Shown here piece after piece: positions 8,570 to 16,768 of a DNA stretch of 51,698 nt. The DNA is taken from assembly GCA_964587515.1 (NCBI GenBank), contig CAZPMO010000003.1:13002-64699 (forward strand), read 5' to 3'. Under the pieces are notes generated by a model. It saw nothing but the letters and a program-made list of their open reading frames with translations, did not search any database and was not told the DNA's origin. The position numbers and the translations under genes are program-made. The stretch comes from an uncultured Rhodospirillaceae bacterium (GTDB lineage Bacteria; Pseudomonadota; Alphaproteobacteria; MPNO01). The stretch's first letter is position 1; each line of letters begins with the position of its first letter.

Positions 8570-10837
8570 ATGGCGGGCCCACTTCAGTCTTTTGATTTTC
8601 GCGATAGCCGTTACAACCGGCCGACCCAGAAATGGGTGTGCGGCTGGGCGGCGAAGGGCGAGGCCTGCCATGTGGGGCCCGACCACAAAGGCAACTGCGT
8701 CGCGACATCCGAATGCCAGCCGATCCGAAACGGCGACCGCTGGATGTGTACGCGTTCCGAAATCGCAGGTGGACGTTGCACGGATGGCCCCATGCCGGAT
8801 GGCGCCTGCGCCTGTGTCATTCGCAAATGTGCGCCGGTGCGCAGCATCCGCGCCCGTCGCGGACTTTTCGCGCGGGTGGTGTCAGCGCTTACCGTCGGGC
8901 TGGTGCTAATTTTCGTATTCGGACCGTCGGCGCATAAGGTGATATCGCCGGGCGCTCTCACACAGCAACATGCGGAAGTGATCGATTGCGGCACCTGCCA
9001 CGCCGCGTTCCCGGCGGGTCCGACCGGTTGGATTCGCGCGGCCTTCTCCGCGGCTCCAAATGACCCGGCGACCAGCGATTCCGGCCGCTGCCTGAAATGC
9101 CATGCACAGGGCGATTCGGCGCTAAATCCGCACAGCCAGGACGCGGCGATGCTGACGAAGATGCGCAAACGCGCGCATCCGCCTTCCAAGCAAGGAACCG
9201 AACCGCTGATGGTTTCGCTGGCGTCCGGCGGCGACCCCGGCGCGGCAACGGCCGGAAAACTGGCCTGCGCGACCTGCCATCGTGAACATCAAGGTCGCAA
9301 CGCCAGGCTGGCGTCCATGAGCGACGCGCGATGTCAGGCATGCCATACGGCGCGGTTCGCCGGGTTGGATTCAGGTCATCCCGAATTCGACCACTATCCC
9401 TACAAACGGCGCACCCGGCTGATTTTCGATCACATCGGCCATATCGAAAAACATTTCAAGGACAAGAAATTCAAACAATCCGCGCCGGATCAATGCACCA
9501 CCTGTCACAGCCCCGACGCCGCCGGCAACACGATGCTGGTGAACGGTTACAAGACCTGTATGGCCTGTCACGCGGCGCAGATCGTGACCGACGGCGGTGC
9601 GACGCCGGTGTTCGCGGTTCCAGGAATCGATGCCCAGACGCTACATGCCAAGGGCGCCCCGATCGGCGCCTGGCCGGAGGACGCGGAGGCGGAACTGACG
9701 CCGTTCATGGTCCTGCTGCTGTCGGGCGATCCCGATTTCCGAGACGCCTGGAATACGGTTCGGGAGCTGAACCTGCTGGATGACCTGGAAGATGCCGACG
9801 CGGCCCAGATCAAGGCCGCGCAAACCGTCGCCTGGTCGGTCAAACGCCTGATCCAAGACCTCCGTGCGAAGGGCGGGGCCGCTCTGGGCGCCCGCATCGA
9901 AACGGCATTGGGATCGACGATCAGCGGCGAAGACCTTGCCCATCTCGCCGGGCGGCTTCCGGTGGACCTGATCGCCAATGCCCGGCGCGAATGGTTCCCC
10001 GATTTGGACGCGGAAATGAAACAACACCGCGCAGGGGTCCCCGTACCGACCCGCACTGCAAGCGATGACGCGCCCCGATCGGAAAAATCCGCCAAGTCCA
10101 AACCGACCAAGGACACCGGCGACATCCTCGCGGGTGGCGACAAGAAGGACACAGGCGACATCCTCGCGGGCGGCGATAAGAAAGACACAGGCGACATCCT
10201 CGCGGGCGGCGACAAGACGGTCTCCACCGCGCCCGTGGAAGAGAATGTCGCGGAGACCGGCGGTGAAATCGACGCCAACAAATGGACCTCGGCGGGCGGC
10301 TGGTATCGCGACCAGTTCACCCTGCTCTATCGCCCGACCGGCCATGCCGACGATTTCTTGCGATCCTGGATGGATCTCACCGGTGCATCTGACAGTAATT
10401 ACGCCAAGTCCGTCTTCGCCTCTTTGACCGCGCGACAAGCCGTCGGGCGATGCGCCAAATGCCATAGCAGCGACAAGATCACCGAAGCGGCGCTGAAACC
10501 CAACTGGGTTGCCGCCCGACCGGTGAAGGAATTCCGCAAATTCACCGGTTTTTCCCACGCCGCCCATTCGAAGCTGTTCAACGACAAGGCCTGTCTGGGC
10601 TGTCACGTACGGGACGATGACTCGAAATATCTCGACGCATTCAAGAACAACGACCCGGCGGTTTTCCAGTCGAATTTCAAACCCATGGAACGACAAACCT
10701 GCGCGCGTTGCCATACGCCGCAACTCGCCGCCGAATCATGCGTTCTCTGTCATCAATATCACGTGGGAAGTTTCCCGCCGGCGATTACGGCGGCGCCAAT
10801 GACAATACCGCGAGCGGGCGAACGGCCCCGCCCATAA
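8570..10837 (+). CDS. Membrane-anchored decaheme c-type cytochrome with Cys-rich N-terminal domain
   Basis: Ten CxxCH motifs (CGTCH, CLKCH, CATCH, CQACH, CTTCH, CMACH, CAKCH, CLGCH, CARCH, CVLCH). Nine Cys lie in the first 87 aa, followed by a TM-like segment (LFARVVSALTVGLVLIFVFGPSA). The ATG directly abuts the upstream TAG (8567-8572). Confidence 0.85.
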   Translation: MAGPLQSFDFRDSRYNRPTQKWVCGWAAKGEACHVGPDHKGNCVATSECQPIRNGDRWMCTRSEIAGGRCTDGPMPDGACACVIRKCAPVRSIRARRGLFARVVSALTVGLVLIFVFGPSAHKVISPGALTQQHAEVIDCGTCHAAFPAGPTGWIRAAFSAAPNDPATSDSGRCLKCHAQGDSALNPHSQDAAMLTKMRKRAHPPSKQGTEPLMVSLASGGDPGAATAGKLACATCHREHQGRNARLASMSDARCQACHTARFAGLDSGHPEFDHYPYKRRTRLIFDHIGHIEKHFKDKKFKQSAPDQCTTCHSPDAAGNTMLVNGYKTCMACHAAQIVTDGGATPVFAVPGIDAQTLHAKGAPIGAWPEDAEAELTPFMVLLLSGDPDFRDAWNTVRELNLLDDLEDADAAQIKAAQTVAWSVKRLIQDLRAKGGAALGARIETALGSTISGEDLAHLAGRLPVDLIANARREWFPDLDAEMKQHRAGVPVPTRTASDDAPRSEKSAKSKPTKDTGDILAGGDKKDTGDILAGGDKKDTGDILAGGDKTVSTAPVEENVAETGGEIDANKWTSAGGWYRDQFTLLYRPTGHADDFLRSWMDLTGASDSNYAKSVFASLTARQAVGRCAKCHSSDKITEAALKPNWVAARPVKEFRKFTGFSHAAHSKLFNDKACLGCHVRDDDSKYLDAFKNNDPAVFQSNFKPMERQTCARCHTPQLAAESCVLCHQYHVGSFPPAITAAPMTIPRAGERPRP
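10109..10216 (+). repeat. In-frame 3 x 36-bp tandem repeat encoding (KDTGDILAGGDK)x3
   Basis: Three near-identical 36-bp units (10109-10144, 10145-10180, 10181-10216) differing only at synonymous positions. They sit between heme motifs 6 and 7 of the decaheme cytochrome. Confidence 0.9.
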
Positions 10838-10852
10838 CAAAAGGGGAAGCCC

Positions 10853-11815
10853 ATGAAATTCGCGACGATCGATGCGCCGCCCGCTGGCCACGTGGGCGTG
10901 CTGACCGGTGAAGACGAAATCCTCGATCTCGCGGCCTTCCGGGAGGTTTCACCCCCGGCGCGGCTGTTGCCCGATAGCTTGCGTGACATTCTGGCGGCGG
11001 GCCGAGAAGGTCTCGATATGGCCCGGCGCTGCATCGACGCGGTCGCTTCCATGAGCGCCGACGAGACGGAACGGCTGCGCGTGACCGGCGCGCTGAAACC
11101 GTTCGCGACGACGCCGCTGCTGGCGCCGATTCCGGAGCCTCGGCTGCTGCTCTCGGTCGGCATGAATTACGGCCGGCACCTGGCCGAGATGAAGGACACG
11201 CCGACCCCCACCCATCCGACCGCCTTCATCAAGGCCGCCACGACCCTGACCGGATCGGGCAAGCCCATCGTGGTGCCGTCGCAATGCGGCGACATGATCG
11301 ATTTCGAGGGCGAATTCTGTTTCGTGTTCGGCCGGTCCTGTCACATGGTCGGCATCGACGAAGCAATGGACTATGTCGCGGGCTACACCATCGCCAACGA
11401 CGTTTCGGCGCGCGACTGGGTGTCGGAGGTGTTCGCCGCGAACGGCTCGTTCGGCGCGATCCACGCCTGGGAACGCAACATCATGGGCAAGCAGCTTCCC
11501 AGCTTTACGCCCTGCGGTCCGGTCATGACGACGGCCGACGAAATTACCGACCCGAACGATCTCCAGCTCACCCTGACCCTCAACGGCGAGGTGATGCAGT
11601 CGACGAAAACCGACGATCTGATCTTCGATATCGCCGAACAGATCGCCTATTTCTCGCAGTGGTACCAGTTCAGCCCGGGCGACGTGGTCACCACGGGTTC
11701 GCCGTCCGGCGTCGGTTTCGGCCGCGATCCGAAAATTTTCATGAAGCCGGGCGATCTGGTGGAGGTCGAGCTCGAAGGAGTGGGAACGCTCTCCAACCGT
11801 CTGATCGCCGGCTAA
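10853..11815 (+). CDS. Fumarylacetoacetate hydrolase (FAH) family protein
   Basis: 320-aa ORF with a typical FAH-family C-terminal domain (GMNYGRHLAEM...IDFEGEFCFVFG...GYTIANDVSARDW...PGDVVTTGSPSGVG). GGGGAAG SD lies before the ATG. Confidence 0.85.
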   Translation: MKFATIDAPPAGHVGVLTGEDEILDLAAFREVSPPARLLPDSLRDILAAGREGLDMARRCIDAVASMSADETERLRVTGALKPFATTPLLAPIPEPRLLLSVGMNYGRHLAEMKDTPTPTHPTAFIKAATTLTGSGKPIVVPSQCGDMIDFEGEFCFVFGRSCHMVGIDEAMDYVAGYTIANDVSARDWVSEVFAANGSFGAIHAWERNIMGKQLPSFTPCGPVMTTADEITDPNDLQLTLTLNGEVMQSTKTDDLIFDIAEQIAYFSQWYQFSPGDVVTTGSPSGVGFGRDPKIFMKPGDLVEVELEGVGTLSNRLIAG

Positions 11816-13560
11816 ACCGCCGCCGCGCGCAGGCGTTCGGTGGCGTCCGCGTCAATCTCGAACGTCTCGGGATCGATGACGACGCCGTAATGTTGCCGCG
11901 CGATCTCGGGCGAGACATAACCCTGTTCCACGTCGCGGCGCACGTCTTCCGCCGGCCGGTACAACGGCGAGCCGAACCCGCCGCCGCCGCCTGAACGCAG
12001 GCAGAACGCGTCACCTTCGCGCAAATTGGCGATCAGCACCTTGGCGTTCGGGAAATCGTCCTTCCATTCGCCGTCGAGCCTGAGCGCCACCGCGTTCCCC
12101 GCGCCGTCGAGCCCGTCCTCCAAGCCCCATGGCGCGCAGTGGACGCGTTCGATCTGGGTGTTGAAGGTGAGATCGGTGCGCGCCTGGACCACGCGCTCGA
12201 TCCCGAGACCGCCGCGATAGCGCCCGGCGCCGCCGGAATCCGTGATCAGCGAATTGCTCTCCACAAGCACCGGGAATTTCGCCTCGATCTGCTCGTTGGG
12301 ACTGTTATGGGTGTCGCCGTCATTGATGCAGACGGTGCCGCTGACGCCGTCCTCGGACTGCTTGGCGCCCCAACCGCCGCCGAGCGGCCCGAAATTGCCG
12401 ATGAAGAATTCCGAGGTGCGGGGATTGATGCCATGAAATGCCGCCGCAAGCAGATCGGCGTGGTGGCCGGCGATGGTGCGATCGGGAATCACCGGGGCCA
12501 GCGCCTTGAAGATGGTGTCGACGATGGTCATGGGAAATGTCATCCACCAACGCATCGGCGCGGGCTTCACCGCGCTGACCACCCGCCCCATGGGGACGAT
12601 GGATTTCAGGTTACGAAACGCGCCCTGGTTGATCGGGTAATCGGTGGGAGAGGTGATGCATTTGAAGGCGACCTGGGCGCAGGCATGGCCGGTGGTCACG
12701 CCGGAATTGAAGAACCCCCTCACCTGATCGGAGACGTCGGTCAGATCGACCGTCATTTCGTCACCCGAGACCTCGACGCGGACGCGGATCGGCACCGGCT
12801 CTCCGACGTTGACGCCGTCGTCATCCATGAAGGATTCGGCCTCGTAGACGCCATCGGGGATGGACCTGGTGTGGACCCGTGCCGCGGCCTCGGAATGGTC
12901 CATGATCACGGCGACGCCGTCGAACACCGCGTCCTGCCCGTAGCGGTCGAGGAGTTCGAGGAAACGCCGTTCACCGGTTTTTACGGCGGTGATCTGGGCC
13001 CTGAGATCGCCCATCGCGCGCGGCGGCAAGCGCACGTTCATGGCGATGATGTCGACGAGATCCTGATTGACCACGCCCGCCTTCTGGTACTTCAGGATCG
13101 GAATTTGAAGACCTTCGGAAAAGATATCGGTGGTCATGCCGCCGAGCACGCCGCCCACATCGAGCCAGTGCGCCATACAGCAGGAAAACGCGACCAGCTT
13201 GCCGTCATGGAAGATCGGCAATGAAAATGTGACGTGGTTGAGATGGCTGCCGGTGATATAGGCGTCGTTGGTGACCAGGATATCGCCGGGCTCGATGCCG
13301 TCCTCGCCAAAATGGTCGATCTTGGCCTTCACGGTCTCGGACATGCCGCGGATGAACATCGGCAGGCCGAGCCCGATTGATACCGTCTCGCCGGTCGCCG
13401 TGAAAATCCCCACGGTGAAGTCGAGCGCCTCGTAGATGATCATGTTGTAGGCGGTGCGCATGAGGTTGGTCTTCATTTCCTCGGTCACCGCCAACACGCC
13501 GTTGCGCACGATCTCGGTAACCACCGGATCGACACCGCGCGATGTTTCGGATGCGCTCAT
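11812..13560 (-). CDS. Hydantoinase B / oxoprolinase family protein
   Basis: Translation from MSASETSRGVDPVVTEIVRNGV... matches the HyuB-type N-terminus and length (582 aa). The ORF-track upstream extension to 13845 is Arg/Pro-rich and overlaps the small ORF. Confidence 0.9.
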   Translation of the reverse strand: MSASETSRGVDPVVTEIVRNGVLAVTEEMKTNLMRTAYNMIIYEALDFTVGIFTATGETVSIGLGLPMFIRGMSETVKAKIDHFGEDGIEPGDILVTNDAYITGSHLNHVTFSLPIFHDGKLVAFSCCMAHWLDVGGVLGGMTTDIFSEGLQIPILKYQKAGVVNQDLVDIIAMNVRLPPRAMGDLRAQITAVKTGERRFLELLDRYGQDAVFDGVAVIMDHSEAAARVHTRSIPDGVYEAESFMDDDGVNVGEPVPIRVRVEVSGDEMTVDLTDVSDQVRGFFNSGVTTGHACAQVAFKCITSPTDYPINQGAFRNLKSIVPMGRVVSAVKPAPMRWWMTFPMTIVDTIFKALAPVIPDRTIAGHHADLLAAAFHGINPRTSEFFIGNFGPLGGGWGAKQSEDGVSGTVCINDGDTHNSPNEQIEAKFPVLVESNSLITDSGGAGRYRGGLGIERVVQARTDLTFNTQIERVHCAPWGLEDGLDGAGNAVALRLDGEWKDDFPNAKVLIANLREGDAFCLRSGGGGGFGSPLYRPAEDVRRDVEQGYVSPEIARQHYGVVIDPETFEIDADATERLRAAAV

Positions 13561-13568
13561 GTTTCCCC

Positions 13569-13811
13569 CTAAAACGAAGGTGGCGTATCGTCGCCGCTCT
13601 TGATCTTCAAACTCAACGACACCCCGCCCGAGCCGCAGCACGGACAGCTCAGCGCGATCAGGATCTGTTGGCGTTCGTCCTCGGTGATATCGGCCTTGTC
13701 CAGAAGCTCTGCGATCTGGCGCTGGAAGGCCAGGTGGACCGACTGATCGCCGAACACGATCCGGTCGTCGGTCTCCGGCGGCTTCGCGGCGGGCGGATCG
13801 GACTTGGACAT
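13569..13811 (-). CDS. Small hypothetical protein (80 aa) with CPCCG motif, co-oriented with hyuB-like gene
   Basis: Its stop lies 8 nt upstream of the hyuB-like ATG. There is strong G/C bias at third codon positions when read by eye. No clear SD and no recognisable family. Confidence 0.45.
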   Translation of the reverse strand: MSKSDPPAAKPPETDDRIVFGDQSVHLAFQRQIAELLDKADITEDERQQILIALSCPCCGSGGVSLSLKIKSGDDTPPSF

Positions 13812-13887
13812 GCTTTATGATAGGCGATGCGGGGAACGCCAACAAGAATGCCCCACCGCGGCGTTTGCCGATGCGGGCGGTTCAAGT

Positions 13888-16026
13888 ATGGTTCTGGGGG
13901 CTACAAGCCCGGGGCAAAAAGATCGTGGGGAGCGACCGGTGACGACCGAGAAGAATATCCGACTTGCCGCCGATATCGGGGGAACCTTTACCGACGTCGC
14001 GGCATTCGACGCAACCACCGGATCGCTGCAACTGGGCAAGAGCCTTTCGACCCCGGCTAATCTGGTTGAGGGCATCGGCGCGGGCGTCGAGAAGGCCGGC
14101 GCCGATTACGCCGGAGCGGGGCTGTTCCTGCACGGCTCGACCATCGCCATAAACACGATCCTTGAGCGTACCGGTGCGCGGACGGCCCTGGTGATCACCG
14201 AGGGCTTCCGTGACATTTACGAGATCGGCCGCATCAATCGGCCCGATTCATACAATCTGTTTTTCCAGAAGCACGAGCCATTGGTCGAGCGCGCACTGCG
14301 TTTCGAGGTCAGGGAACGCATGCTGGCCGACGGCGGGGTTCATATCCCGCTCGACGAGGGATCGGTCCACGAGGTCGCGGACCGGCTGGAAGCGCTCGAT
14401 ATCGATGCCGTCGGCATTTTGTTGCTCCACTGTTATCGCAACCCCGACCACGAGGCGCGGGTGAAGGCAATCCTGGAGGAACGCTTTCCCGACATGTTCG
14501 TGTCCGCTTCGCACGAGCTGTCGCAGGAATATCGTGAGTTCGAGCGCGCCTCCACGGTGGTCGCCAACGCCTATATCGGCCCCAGGGTAAAATCCTACAT
14601 CCAGGGAATCCGCGATCATCTGGAACGATCCGGCTTCGACGGCTCCTTCATGGTGGTTCAGTCGACTGGCGGGCTCTACGAGGCCGAACAGGCGCAGGCG
14701 CAGTGCGTGCGCATGCTGGAATCGGGGCCCGCCGCGGGCGTGATCGGCACCAAGGCGCTGTGCGACACGCTCGGCATCCAGAACGCCATCGCCTTCGACA
14801 TGGGCGGCACCACGGCGAAGGCCGGCGTGATCTACAAGGGTGAGGCTCTGACCACCGGGGCCGCGCTGCTCGGCGGTTACGAGAAAGCGCTGCCGGTTCA
14901 GATCGCCATGATGGATATCTTCGAAGTGGGCACCGGCGGCGGCAGCATCGCGCGCATCGGCGAAGAAGGCGGATTGCATGTGGGACCGCAGAGCGCCGGG
15001 GCGGAACCGGGCCCGGCCTGCTATGGGCTGGGCGGCGCGGAACCCACCGTCACCGATGCGAATCTTCTGCTCGGACGCCTCGGCGCCGACCGGTTCCTCG
15101 GTGGCGAGATGGCGCTCGACCAGAAAGCGGCGTCCACGGCCCTGCTGGGCGCTGTCGCCGATCCCATGGGCATGGACCCAACCGCCGCCGCCGACGGCAT
15201 CCTTCAGATCGCGGTCACGTCGATGTCGCACGCCGTGAAGGGGGTGACCACCGAACGCGGGCTGGACGCCGGCGACTTCACGCTGGTCGCCTATGGCGGC
15301 GCCGGGCCGCTGCACGCCTCGGCGGTGGCCGGCGAGCTCGGCATCCGCAAGGTGGTGATTCCGCGGGTGCCGGGCGTCTTCTCCGCTTTCGGCATGCTGT
15401 TCTCCGATCTCCGCTACGACTATGTCAGGACCTGGTTCACCCGGCTCGACGACGCGCCGTTCGACCAGATCGACCAAATTTACCGGGAGCTGGAAGACCA
15501 GGGCCGCGGCGCCATCGCCGGCACCTCGGTCGCGCCCGGCGAGGTCACCGTCGCGCGCGCCGCCGACATGCGCTATGTGGGCCAGGAGCATCCGGTGACC
15601 GTCGATCTGCCGGCTTCGGTGTTCGCCGACGGCGATCGCGAAGCGATCAAATCCGCGTTCGACGACATGCACTTGCTGCGCTACGGCACCAACGCGCCGG
15701 CCGAGCGCGCCGAGATCGTCAGCCTGCGTGCAACCGTCACCGGCATCATGGCGAAACCGCCGCTGGAGACCATCCCGGCCGGCGAAGCGACGCCGCCCGA
15801 CGCGGCTTTCACCGGCAACCGCTCGGCTTATTTCGCGGAAATAGGGGAATTCGCCGATACGCCGACCTATGCGCGCGACGCGCTGCTGGCGGGCAACCGG
15901 ATTTCAGGCCCGGCGCTGATCGAAGAACACGCCTCGACCACGGTGCTGCTGCCCGGCGACACGCTGGAAGTCGATGCCCATGGCAATCTCGCGATTACGG
16001 TCGCGGGACGAGGCGGTCCGGCATAA
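13888..16026 (+). CDS. Hydantoinase A / oxoprolinase family protein
   Basis: The [14 protein letters not shown]-terminal ATPase motif and overall length are typical of HyuA. The start could be ATG 13888 or GTG 13939. Confidence 0.9.
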   Translation: MVLGATSPGQKDRGERPVTTEKNIRLAADIGGTFTDVAAFDATTGSLQLGKSLSTPANLVEGIGAGVEKAGADYAGAGLFLHGSTIAINTILERTGARTALVITEGFRDIYEIGRINRPDSYNLFFQKHEPLVERALRFEVRERMLADGGVHIPLDEGSVHEVADRLEALDIDAVGILLLHCYRNPDHEARVKAILEERFPDMFVSASHELSQEYREFERASTVVANAYIGPRVKSYIQGIRDHLERSGFDGSFMVVQSTGGLYEAEQAQAQCVRMLESGPAAGVIGTKALCDTLGIQNAIAFDMGGTTAKAGVIYKGEALTTGAALLGGYEKALPVQIAMMDIFEVGTGGGSIARIGEEGGLHVGPQSAGAEPGPACYGLGGAEPTVTDANLLLGRLGADRFLGGEMALDQKAASTALLGAVADPMGMDPTAAADGILQIAVTSMSHAVKGVTTERGLDAGDFTLVAYGGAGPLHASAVAGELGIRKVVIPRVPGVFSAFGMLFSDLRYDYVRTWFTRLDDAPFDQIDQIYRELEDQGRGAIAGTSVAPGEVTVARAADMRYVGQEHPVTVDLPASVFADGDREAIKSAFDDMHLLRYGTNAPAERAEIVSLRATVTGIMAKPPLETIPAGEATPPDAAFTGNRSAYFAEIGEFADTPTYARDALLAGNRISGPALIEEHASTTVLLPGDTLEVDAHGNLAITVAGRGGPA

Positions 16027-16029
16027 TCG

Positions 16030-16635
16030 TCAGTCGACGGGCAGGATCGCCTCCGTGCCCGGGTGAAGCTGGATATCGAAAGTCGCCAGCAGCACCGCCG
16101 TCGCGGCGTACTGGCCCATCAGACCGACCAGATCGACGAGGTCGCGTTCGCCGAAATGACCGAGCGCGTCGGCGAAAGTCGCCGGCGACACCCGATGGTC
16201 GCGGAACAGTTCGCGGCCGAGGCGGATCACCGCGGCTTCGATATCCTCCAGACCGGCCACGTCGCCGCGATGCTTGACGATGTCGATGAGTTCCTGGGAG
16301 AGGCCCTGGCGCAGCGCTTCGGGTTCGTGCGCGGCCCATTCGAAGCGGCTGTCGAATTCGCGCGCCGTCACCAGGATGGCGAGCTCGCGCATTTTCGGAC
16401 CATAGCCGGCCTCGTGGCGAAGATACTGGTTTACCGGCCGCAGGCGCACGGCAAGCTCCGGGCTGTGCAGGCGTATGCCGCCCGGTCCCCACAGCCCGAC
16501 CAGAGAATCGCTCGCCGGATCCATCAGAGAATCGAAGATCACTTGCGCGTCGGCGCCCATGTTCTCACGCTCCGGCGGCGGCAGCCGGTAACCCGATTCG
16601 GCGTTCACGTCATCGGGAAATTTCGCATCGCTCAT
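16030..16635 (-). CDS. Carboxymuconolactone decarboxylase (CMD/AhpD-like) family protein
   Basis: 201-aa translation (MSDAKFPDD...ELAILVTAREFDSRFEWAAHE...) looks CMD-family. GGGAGGA SD lies before the ATG at 16635. Confidence 0.75.
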   Translation of the reverse strand: MSDAKFPDDVNAESGYRLPPPERENMGADAQVIFDSLMDPASDSLVGLWGPGGIRLHSPELAVRLRPVNQYLRHEAGYGPKMRELAILVTAREFDSRFEWAAHEPEALRQGLSQELIDIVKHRGDVAGLEDIEAAVIRLGRELFRDHRVSPATFADALGHFGERDLVDLVGLMGQYAATAVLLATFDIQLHPGTEAILPVD

Positions 16636-16768
16636 CCTGTCCTCCCTAAAATTCTCATGTCTGGAATACTGCGCCAACATAGCGTGGCGGGCCAGCGGCT
16701 AATTCGTTAGTCTGTGGCCATCGGGACAACGAAGGCCAGGATTGGCCAGCCATAGAGGGAGGAAATTC

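Noticed and set aside
10109-10216. Three 36-bp direct repeats, which might superficially suggest a mini CRISPR-like array.
   Set aside because: The repeats are contiguous with no spacers, are in frame inside a long ORF with heme motifs on both sides, and differ only at synonymous sites. It is a coding tandem repeat, not a CRISPR array.
12139-15672. ORFs 12139..13224 (+) and 14248..15672 (-) of 361 and 474 aa.
   Set aside because: They are antisense to the well-supported hydantoinase B and A genes, and their composition is low-complexity (R/A/G/D/H). I treat them as shadow ORFs.
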